DNA of 64,000 bases from Candidatus Poribacteria bacterium (GTDB lineage: Bacteria > Poribacteria > WGA-4E > UBA9662): positions 11,820 through 75,819 of the forward strand of contig JAYZAL010000087.1 of NCBI GenBank assembly GCA_036339735.1, given 5' to 3'. How positions within the stretch are numbered: the stretch's first letter is position 1; each line of letters opens with the position of its first letter. Both the position numbers and the translations under genes were made by a program. Below, one piece after another: positions 38,455 to 49,600 of this stretch. Under the pieces are notes generated by a model that was given only the letters and a program-made list of their open reading frames with translations, was not told the DNA's origin and made no database searches.

Positions 38455-39792
38455 TTGTTAATAACAGCTCTTTTCAACCTATGTTTAGTAATCGGCCTAG
38501 CTATTTGTTTAGCGAAATTATGTAAGCGAATCAATCTACCACCGTTATTAGGGTTCTTGTTAACTGGCATTATAGTAGGCCAATATACACGGTCAATAAT
38601 TGACCCGATGCTGCCTGATTGGTTGACCAGCTGGGTCTCCCTCCCCACATATATTTTTGAACCAATTGGTATTACTCAATGGCCATTTTCTAATTTTAAA
38701 CTATTCTCATTGAGCTATGCTGCTGTCGTACGAAAAATAGCCTTGATTATCATCTTGACTCGAGCCGGTTTAGGCATTGATCGTCGAGCTCTTATCCGCA
38801 TAGGCCATCCGGCTCTACGGATGAGCATCCTACCTGGTCTACTAGAAGCTACTTTGGTAGCTTATATATCTTCACACTTTTTTCGCTTGCCACTAATGGA
38901 GGGATTGATATTTGGTTGGGTAATCTCAGCAGTTTCTCCTGCTGTAATTGTTCCACAGATGTTGAGACTAAAGGATCAAGGTTATGGTCAAATCAAACAA
39001 ATTCCTACACTAATTTTAGCTAGTGCCACTGTCGATGATGTAATCGCTATTACTATGTTCGATATCAGCATCAATCTCAATATGGATGGGTTGACAAGTA
39101 CGGCATTTCTACTTTTGAGCATCCCAATTAAAATCATACTTGGATTGTTTGTAGGTTGTGGGTTAGGCTACATTTTGAGCCTAGCTTTAGCTCGACAGCA
39201 CAGCCGTTTAGTCTGTGTGATTATGTTTTTTGTTGGAGTTGTAGCTTTACACCTTCTTGAATTAGAAGCTAATTGGCCAATTTCTAGTCTTATTGGGATA
39301 ATGGCTTCAGGATTTACTGTCTTGTTGCTGACACCATATTTAGCTCAGCAATTATCTTCTGCATTCAATCAGTCGTGGAAGGTTGCGGAAACAGCTTTAT
39401 TTGTATTGATAGGAGCTGAAGTAGATTTGGCATTAGTTGGTTCCGCAGGAGTCTCAGGATTAGCTATCATAAGTATTGGCCTGATTGCTCGTAGTTTGGG
39501 TGTGTCTCTATCTTTAATCGGCTCTGAACTCAATTGGAAAGAACGTATTTTTTGTCAAATTTCCTTCTTACCAAAAGCGACTGTTCAAGCTGCTATTGGT
39601 GGTACCGCGATAACATTAGTAGAAAACAATACTCTGAATTTGAATAACGGCGTTGAAACAGGTCAGTTAATTTTGGCACTTTCAGTTTTTAGTATTGTAG
39701 TAACAGCTCCACTGGGAGCAACCGCGATTCAACACCTAGCTCCTCGCCTTTTATACCGTCGACAGAACTATTCCGCTACCACTTTGGAATAG
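38455..39792 (+). CDS. Cation:proton antiporter (NHA/SLC9B-like)
   Basis: RKIALIIILTRAGL, AVSPAVIVP, SATVDDV, LPKATVQAAIG, TAPLG. Confidence 0.88.
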   Translation: MLITALFNLCLVIGLAICLAKLCKRINLPPLLGFLLTGIIVGQYTRSIIDPMLPDWLTSWVSLPTYIFEPIGITQWPFSNFKLFSLSYAAVVRKIALIIILTRAGLGIDRRALIRIGHPALRMSILPGLLEATLVAYISSHFFRLPLMEGLIFGWVISAVSPAVIVPQMLRLKDQGYGQIKQIPTLILASATVDDVIAITMFDISINLNMDGLTSTAFLLLSIPIKIILGLFVGCGLGYILSLALARQHSRLVCVIMFFVGVVALHLLELEANWPISSLIGIMASGFTVLLLTPYLAQQLSSAFNQSWKVAETALFVLIGAEVDLALVGSAGVSGLAIISIGLIARSLGVSLSLIGSELNWKERIFCQISFLPKATVQAAIGGTAITLVENNTLNLNNGVETGQLILALSVFSIVVTAPLGATAIQHLAPRLLYRRQNYSATTLE

Positions 39793-40510
39793 CACCCAGC
39801 AATAGTTTTTGTTCATCGGTTCCTTCATTTTGCAACTTTGTCATACGAGGGCCACTAAAAGATTCTCTTGACTTCATCCAGGCATTTTGATAGCACATCA
39901 AACAAACGCGGCGACGACGATCAGACTTGTTGGCAGCTCCTCTGTGATAAAGCCATCCATCGAACAGTATAGCTTGTCCTGGTTGAGCCATGATATGCTT
40001 TTCATCTGGAAATTTGGGGTAACCCTCTGGTGGGCGGAATAATGCTCGTTGACTACCAGGCAGAATTACGATTGGTCCATTTTCGCAAGTAATTTCATCC
40101 AAATAGTAGCCACAGTTGATTTGGCCAGGCAAACTCCCGTAGGGTGTGCCATCAGGGTCAAGTGGCCAGGGGCCGTCTCGATGCCAGTTTTGGTCGCTTT
40201 CACCGGGCTCAGTCACTCGAGAAGTTGCGCTGTGCAACTGTACACAGTTACCTAAAATAGCTTTGATTCTTTTTAGTACTGGTGGATTATCCAAGAGGAA
40301 AAGGAATCGATCGTCTTGTTCCAGTAATTCACCGATAAATTGAGTCGAAACGAGTTCCTGCAACTCGTCCAAGGTTTGACGGAGAATATCAACCTGCTGT
40401 TCAGTGATTGCTGACTCAATAACTAGGTAACCCCATTTTTGAAAAAAATTAACTTCAGCTTGGAGTTCCGGAGATAGACTAGGATTTAGTATTGTGGGGA
40501 CAATTGACAT
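39776..40510 (-). CDS. Phytanoyl-CoA dioxygenase (PhyH) family protein
   Basis: FFQKWGYLVIE, WHRD, NGPIVILPGSQ, YHRGAANKSDRRR. Confidence 0.88.
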   Translation of the reverse strand: MSIVPTILNPSLSPELQAEVNFFQKWGYLVIESAITEQQVDILRQTLDELQELVSTQFIGELLEQDDRFLFLLDNPPVLKRIKAILGNCVQLHSATSRVTEPGESDQNWHRDGPWPLDPDGTPYGSLPGQINCGYYLDEITCENGPIVILPGSQRALFRPPEGYPKFPDEKHIMAQPGQAILFDGWLYHRGAANKSDRRRRVCLMCYQNAWMKSRESFSGPRMTKLQNEGTDEQKLLLGAIPKW

Positions 40511-40600
40511 ATTACCTGCATTTGCTTGTATTTGGTTTAGTCTTCAAAGAAACCATCCACATTCAACTTAAAAAGTTTCTTTTGATAATTTAGGGGCATC

Positions 40601-43600
40601 CTAACGAATTACCATAATTTGGCCAACCTTCTGTACTCCTTCACCTTCAATATGGTAGATGTATAATCCACTAATTACTTCAGCTCCTGCATCGTTTAGC
40701 CCATCCCAGACAGCCCTTCCAGTCGTACTTTCAAGTTTAGTTCGTACTCGTTCGCCATCTAGAGTATAGAGATTGACAGTAGCATTTTCAGTCAATTTGA
40801 GAAAGGTAACTTGCTGATTGATTGACTGAGACGGTACAAATGGATTAGGGTAAACAACAACCTGGTCCAAGTTAGTAGGCAAACGTAAGTGGGCGATTCG
40901 GAAAACAGTTAGTTGACTAATATTAGCTGTAACTGTCTGGTTTTCAATATCGATTGTCTGTTTCCCCGGCACAAGATCCCATAAGGTTAGTTTACCATAG
41001 GGATTGAGACGAAAAATGCGTAGGTTAGGTACGACACTAGCCGGAATACTCTCAGCAGAAAAACCAATGGTCAACTTGGCTGATTTAGATAATCGTTCAA
41101 CTTGACCATCAATTTGTCTGATAGTTGGTTTTAGTTCATCGTCGTGAGTTGGCTCAATATTGGCAGTTCCTAGATAGAAATTAGCTTCTTCGATTTGGAT
41201 ACTTAAAAGCGAGTTGGTTGGTTCTAGGATGTCCACGGTTGTGATTTCTGATCCAATTACGGCCGGAGGTAAAACAAGCTTAGTTTTTGGGGCAAAACCC
41301 GCTTGGATGGTTGTTTCTATTTGTGGGTATACATAATTAGAAACGGCTCGTACAGGTCCAGCTATCGAACTTACTCCCAATTTTGATTGATTACCCCCTT
41401 CATCAACGGCAACTACCGCAGCATAGACAGTCAAACCTGATTGGGGAATTGTGACCTTTTGACTAGGTTTCAACGATTTAGGCAATTGACTGAATTTGTC
41501 AGCACGAACCTTAATTGGTTCAACAAGCGGAGTTGCGCCAGAATTCATAAAATTGATATCGTCAATTGTAGGTTGTTGCTCTGAAAGAAGAATCAAGTAA
41601 TGATCAATTTCGTCTTGAACATTACTTTCTGGGAATTCCCAGCTGACGGTAACAGCCATTCCACTATCGCTTGGTGTGTCGCTGACCTGTACTCCTATAA
41701 CTGGTGGTGGTGCGATTTGGTCTATAGCCTGAACTGGACCAGCCAGTGAGCTATCCACTACAGATGATCGGTTTCCGTTTTCATCAATAGCTACCACAGA
41801 TACATAGTAATTAACCCGATTTTTTGGCACATCAACCGTAACCTGATAGATATTAGGGTCGACAATAGTCCCAGCCAAATTAGGTGCCAGTTCCTCAGCT
41901 AATCCTGGTTGAGTTTGCTGAAGAACAGGTCGGCTAGTATACCGATAAATGTGATAGGCTTGAAAGTCGCTCTTATATTCGGAGTTAACTTCATTTCCCA
42001 TGGACTCTTGGGGTAACGGCTGCCACTGTACAAGAATAGTCTTCCCATTATCATCAGGCCTATCTTTGGCTTGTACCCCAACGACAGCTGGTGGAGCTAA
42101 ATTGTCGATGGCCTGAACCGGGCCAAAAGTTGACTCCTTGAGCTGTGAAGTTGAAACTTCTGATTCATTCCCGGCAATGTCTACAGCTGTTACCGCAATG
42201 TAGTAATCAAAACTGTTTCGGGGTGCACTGATCCGGGTTAGGTTTTGTTTCAAATCTAGTAAGGGGGTAGGTATAGGAATCAAGCCAAGGGTAGAACGAA
42301 TCGGAGCTGTTTCTCGGTACACTTGGTAACGCGAAAAGTCTGATTCTTCAGCAACATTCCAAGAAACTTCGATTACGTTACCTTGATCTTTTGGTACATC
42401 TATCGCCCTGACATCCGTGACTATTCGGGGTGGTACCGCATCAATAGTGACTGGTTGAGATGATTGAATAGTCTGCGTATTTCCGCCAGAATCAACTAGA
42501 TGACCAATCACAACAGCTGCACGAATTTCGATATTTAGATCATTTTCAACAGAATATTGGCCGGTATATACTCCATCGTGGGCTTTTTGATCTTTTCCAG
42601 AACCATCGTCAACCATGATGTTACCCTTTAACTGGCCAACATCGAAACTAGCGGAACAACTTAATTCGCCTTTTAAATAGACGATTAACTGATCACCCAT
42701 GATCAATGCTTTCGTAGCATTGTGTTGGATATACTCAATTTCTGGTGGTTTAGTGTCTATAGTAATAGGTCGGTCTGCGAATCGATTATCGGTGTTACCT
42801 GCCCGATCTGTCAAGAAACCATTCATAGTTGTAGTCTCAGATACGAAGTCAGCTTCAGTAATTAGACATATAGCTGTATAAACGCCATCATTAGATTGAA
42901 TATCTCCATGTGTTCCATCGTCGTAGAGATCAAATTTGCGTTCACCAACTAAACAGGAAGCCTGACAATCAGTTTCACCTACTAGCGTAACAATCAGTTG
43001 GTCCCCAGGTAAAAGAGTTGAAGAAGTTGGTACTTCTTGACCTAACCTCTGGATTCGGTAGCTAAGACTATCGATATTTGGTGATCGAGTATCAACTACC
43101 AAAGGGATAAGAGACTGCAGTTGAGCCGTATTACCCGCCAGATCAGAGAGTACCCCTATCACTTGCGTGTTTTGTGTGTCTGTTTGTATAGTACTTGATT
43201 CAATTGTGTAGTGGCCGATATAGGTATGTGCCTGATCTTTTGAGTCGGCCGAATCGCTTATTTCCTTCATTATTCCTTGCGCTAAAATGGAACCATTACT
43301 TTTCTGTCGAATCTGAAATTTGGCATGATTCCCACCTGAACCAATCAGTCGGATCTCCACAGTTTGTCGCAGACCAATAGGTTGGCTTAGCCCTCCAACT
43401 GTAACCGCGTCATGTTCTACAGAAATAATGGTTGGTGGAACCGTATCGATGTTGATAGGTTCATTTATAGTCAGTTGCCCACGAAAATTTAAAAATTGCT
43501 GATCGTTTATAGGCTGCTGGCTCATCATTTCTATCACCAACTGGCCTTGGGGTAAATGGAGATACTGAGGAATCTCCATTCTACCGATGAACAGACCTTC

Positions 43601-46600
43601 ACCCTGATCGACTAGGGGGTGAGCAATTGGTGATGAGATGGATGGAGCTGTGATTTTGAAGTTAGCTGTTGTTAATTGCTCAGCTGATTGTGGCACTAAT
43701 TGAAGTCGAACGACCAAATTAGTTTTTTCACCAGATGGACCACCTAATATACGATTTTCGGCATTGTGAGAAACTGACTGGATAAACATCGGCAGTAGAT
43801 TATATCTATCTACACCATGATTTGATGGTAGCATTTCTACTTTCATCCAAACCTGATTACCGTAGGTACGAGTAGCCTCACCAACTTGGATGGGCCTCGC
43901 TTTCCCATCCAAGTTGGTGAGGCTTAGCGATACCGAATTGTTAACTTCTTCTGGTTTTGCAATACAGAGCCAACCATTAGTTTGAGAAAGATTAAAACGA
44001 TACCAATCGCGTTCATCCGAATGTAAACCTAAGATCATCTGATCCAAATCTGGGATTAGTGTTGCTAAATTCATCGTATTATTCGGTTCTTTTTCAGTAA
44101 ATCGAACGTTTTTTCCAGACTCTACTAAAATTTGGTAATTAGACAAATGATCCATGTTGGACGATTCTTCTAGAATTGGCGATACGATCAGAGTATACGA
44201 CCCTTCAGATAAATTAATCCACTGTTGGTCTTTAGGGAATTGTAGTAAGCCAATTTGGTTGTTTTGTTGATTTGCGAAACGATTTTCGGCTGAGTTAGGT
44301 CCAGCAAAAATCTTTAGATTTAGTTTCGAATTATCTGGTTCGATTAGTGAACTTAGAGAAAACCGAACAGGCCCCACCAAGTTGAGCATATACTTTTCAC
44401 CAACAAAAGTTTGTCCAAATAAAGCAAGAGTTCCCTCATTATTAGAAAGTAATGGTTGGTTGGTCTGAACTGAACTAGTAAATTCCTGAGTAATTGCATT
44501 GGCATGCCACCGGGACGTTGACAAAGATAATTGGTAATCAGAATTTGGGCTTTCATTTTCAGCTCTAATTCGTAGAAAAAGAGACTGATCTTTAGTTTTT
44601 GCAAACAAATGAACCTTTTGTTGGTTTTCAGGTCGGGATCTGACTTGAGCCAGTAGCTGCATATCCGTAGAAAATAAATCCAGTTGCGTCTCACCTGTAC
44701 CCATTGGACGATGAAAGTACAGATCAAAATTGTGATCTGATATGTCTGTTGCTTGTGTTGATAAAACGAGGCAAAACCAATCTAAATCGTTTGCTGAATG
44801 ATTGCCCCCTTGAACCATGGCTTGTTGGGTTAAATTGTTAGCGTGATTGACTGTGTCGTTGGGCTCAATTTCGGATATCAAAGTCGGTCGAACTAAGAAA
44901 GTATGTTGGCGAACAGACTGTAGACCGGGTACTAATACTCCATCAGTTTTGATTGAGAACGTATGCTGACCTGGGGACAAGTTATGTACAGTCAATTGGT
45001 AACTAGTTATAGGTTGGTAAGGATTTTGGTCTAAACGATAGTAGATAGTTGGTGTTGGTTGATCGGGTTGAATTGACCAGTTGGGCATAAAGCGAAAAGT
45101 TGCACTGTTTTGCCTTAGAACACCTAATGGTGAAGAAACCAAAGAAATTACATGGTTATCCTGTGCAGGAGAAGTATAGCTAACCATGTTGTTTATCGAC
45201 TGCACTGGCCCAGCAACTGACTCTTTTTCTAGGAGTGATTGGTTCCCAGACTGATCTAACACAGTCACAGCATAAAAATTAGGCCTTGTATCACCCGATG
45301 TTTGCACTTCTACACTACTCAAGTTTAAGTTAGTAACAACCAAGGTTACCGGCAACCCACTTAGATCAGTGATAGGGAACGACGAATGGTAAACCCGATA
45401 GGCTAAAAAATCAGTAATCTGAGTAGGTTCCCAATCTAGGGTAATCAAGCCACCATTATCGAAGGGTGTATCCTCCGCAGAAATGATGGTGATTGCGGGT
45501 GGGATTCGGTTATCCACAGCCCGTCCAGTAGTTGTTACAATATTGGACTCATTACCCGCTAAATCCACAACGGTCACACCAATATGATAATCCACATCAG
45601 TCTTTTCTAATTTTACGAGGACGGAATTTTTTATTTCAGCAGAAGCAGAAATAGAATTGTGATTAATTGAAAAAGCAAACAAGTCGACGGGAATACGACC
45701 ACCGAAAGACTGAATAGGTACTTGGCTGAGGTAAATCTTATATTTATCTGTACTGGCACGTTGATTTTGGGTTAGTCTAGGCCAAGAGACTACGACCCAA
45801 CTGCCGTTATCATCAGGTATGTCAACAGCTTCTAAGGCAGAAACCGGTAATGGTGCAATAGTATCTGCAGCAATGGGTTGAGTCGATGTTAGGGTAGATG
45901 GAAAGCCTGATAGTGGCTGAACTAAGTAGGCGGTCACAAGACCTGATTGAAAATTGTCACCAGTTTGGATCTTCAGTTGGTAAGTATGCTGAGAAGAGTA
46001 CTTACGGATAAACCGGTTGCGATCAACTAGTATTTGGTTGGTATATGGATCTACAATAGCCAGATTGATTTTATTTTCGGTTGGTATATCAACAACTATG
46101 GTCACCATATCAGCAATCTTCAATGTTGTTAAGGCATCATGCTTGATTGTACCGGTATTTTTTGTTCTGGTGTTTTTAGGCGTAAATAAGGGGTAAACAT
46201 TTTTACTGGACTTGTTTCCAGCCGAGTCAATCAGTGTAACTATCAATTCAACTGGCTGTAAGGACCGCCAGATTTCGGGTTCTGGGATCCTTATACTTCC
46301 TTCATAGATACTGAACTGTTTAGTTAAATCATTAGAACTTCGCTCGTCCATCTGAATCATAACGGTCTCTGATTGTGCCAAGTCGTTTATTTTCTGAAGC
46401 GTAATAAATGCTCTGTTGTTTGATTCTCCAGTCAGGCTAACCTCTAACTCTTCTCCCGTTATAATTTGGCGAAGCGAACCGTCGGGGCGAACGGCGCTGT
46501 GTTTAGCTGTCAATATCTGAGGTGGTATGACATCAATTGATAAATGACCATCGGGGTAGGGGTCAGATACAATCAGTCTTCCTGTTTCACCTTTAGTATT

Positions 46601-49600
46601 TATTAATTCAATTACTACACGAACATCAGTAGTAGGTTGACCAAAATTTCCGATAGAGAAGGTCGTTTGATACTCGAATGATGGTTGATTGTAACCAGAA
46701 GACGTTACAACAGTGGATAAGTTGTCCGTAAGGACCAAGCTCGACGATTTGACCTGTGCAACCTCTATTTGGCGTGGCATTTGAGAATAAGTTTGAACCT
46801 TCAAGTGTATCTCGTCGCCCATTTTCAATTGTCGGTTGGTACTACTATTTTGACTGATGTTAACAGTTACGGACTTAACTAAAAAAGTAGACAATGTGTA
46901 ATTAATTTCAGCCTGAGAATTAACCTCAATTAGGTAAGAATCTTCACTCAAATTATAACTTTGTATGTAAGTCGTTTGTTCACCAGTATTTCTTATTGCT
47001 GATGTGTCTGCCTCAATAAGATTATCAGCGTTATTTCTTAGGCTAATAATAGCCGATTGTTTTTTCGGCAAATTAGCACCAGCCACTAATTCGATTGCTA
47101 GCTGACCATCTTGTGGTACCTTTAGTTTGTAGTAGTCGATTTCGTCGTTTCCGTTTATGTCACCGATAAAGCCATGGATTAATCGATTGATCGGTAGAGG
47201 CGTAGCATTGGAAAATGTTTGATTAGGTTCACTTTCTAATAAAATTTCGTCCGAAATTATAGTGATGTCTGGCTGATTATTGATAGAACTGACGGCGGGA
47301 AATTGAACAGGGTTTTGGTTACCCGAATCATCTACAGTTGCCACTGTGAAATAAAAAGGAACCTGATTTCTTTCGGTTTCGACGACAGTTTCAACGCTCG
47401 TTTCCGATTGATTAGATACAACAGCTTTTTCCAAAATGAGTTGACCAATGTTAGCAGGACTCGATGAACGATAAATGTTATAGTGAGAAAACCCGCCAAG
47501 GGGTGGTGTCCAAGCCAAACGAATCTTTTTCCCCTCGTCACCGGCAATGTCTTGAGATGAAGGATTAGTAATTGGGATCGGTAAAACACCATCAATACGA
47601 ATTGGTTGATCTGCATTCTTTCTTACAGTTGTACCATTAGATTTTTCTACGGTGGCAACAAGTTTTCCAACTTCGACTCTATCTCCCACCTTGACGGTTA
47701 AGGTGAATGAATAATTTTTGTCTCCATTATCTAAGGGTTCGGTTTTTTTATCAGATATGAACCGCTCACTCGAAATTAGTATTTTGTTACTATCTTTTTC
47801 CTGGATTTGTAATTTGGGTTTCGATTGACTAATTACACTAATGTACAATTTTTGCCCGACAATGAGTGTATCTTTTCCACTGTGACTAAGGCCGGCTATC
47901 GGGGCGTTTGTGGTGTCAATATGAATTTTCTGCGATAGTGGAAAGAAAATTGGATGTGGGGTCGATAATCGGATGAAAATTTCAGCTTGGTTTGCCTGCA
48001 AACCTTCCGGCAGGTATTCGGCTGGACCGGCATTTGACCATCTTTCTGTTATAAGTGGAATATTATAGCTAGCTTGTTGGAAGGGAGGTGTGATCCCGTC
48101 TACAATTACGGGTTCGACTATCACATTTAGTTGATCGCCAATTGTCAGTTGGTTCTCCGCTTTGCTATAATTGATTTGGTACTCGGCTTTCTGTAGAAGT
48201 GTTGCCAATAGCTGATACGAGCTGAGTATTTCTGATGTAGCAGAAATACTAACCTGATAGACACCCTTCCGTAAATCATAAATGAAAAATCTTCGATTAG
48301 CTGAGAAGTAGTCGACGCCTTCGTCCCTTGGCAAAAGAGGGTGGGTAGTCGTACCAAAACGTTGTATTGAAATGTCAACGGGTGTCTCATTTTCTGTCTG
48401 AGATATATAGTTGACAACCAAAATACCGTCGGTCGGTAAGACTACACGGTAGCGGTCGTTATCTTGGGAACTGTTCAAAGCTCCGAAGACTGTACTACTT
48501 GGTAACGTTCCAACCAATGGAAGTGTTCCACTCAGCTCGTTTGATTCAAACTCCCAATTGTTGGTCAAACTAAATTGGCTTGCTAGGCTGTAACTGGTAT
48601 TAGCTATTCCTTCACATAGAATGAAGTAAGAGCCAACATCCAAACCCAAGCTGAATTTACCTTCACTACTGTTAGCTCTGGCTATGGTTGTGTCAAATTG
48701 TTTAAGCTCAATATCTATATCACTGTTACTACTTGACCAGTGCAGGTCAATCAGGCCACTTTCAACAACTTCAAGTCGATAAATATCAATTTCTTGGTTT
48801 GTTAAATTGCCATGGACTTGCCAGCCAAAAGGTAGGACATCGGCTTGTAACAGGCTGTCATTGGGTTCACGTTCACTGAGTGGAGATCGATAAACATTGA
48901 ATTTTCGAATAACTTTCTGCTCTTGATCGCCACTTAGTAAAGCTAATTGGTGCTGGCCCACTGTTAATCCAGTGAGTGTGAGTTCATTAGCTGTGGTTGG
49001 TTGCAAACGCCCACCATCGAGCTGATAGTAAGTAAAAGTTTGTTCAGCTGAGAACCAGCGAAAAGTTAAGTTATCCTGCCGAATCGGGCCAAGTGCAGTT
49101 GTAATCCATTCGATTTCGTTGATGGTTTCTGGTTGCTTAGCCAAGTTTGAATGGGACTGGGTTGGTTCAGATATAGACTGTGGAATAACATGTGATTCAT
49201 TGCCAGCGAAGTCAACAGCAGTAACGAAAAAATAGTGGTCTAACATGTCATCAATCGTCGGCATTTCAACTGATGTGACATAGGGATGTGGAACTTTTAT
49301 GGATAGATGTTCCGGCTTTTTTTTACCCGTTTCCGGTGGGGTTATTGAGCGGTGAACTTGATAATATGAGAAATCATCAGCTCGACTCGGTTGAGTCCAA
49401 GATATGGTAACACTACCACCAAAGTCATCAATAGTATCAACGGCTGAGACTATAGCTACCGGTGATGGAGGTAAATTATCAAACGCAATTGTTGGCTTAG
49501 ACAAAGACCCCAAATCAATTTCAGATTCATTCCCGACTTGGGTGACAGCTGTCACCGCTATGTAATAGGGTATACCATTTTGATCAACTTGGATAGTTTT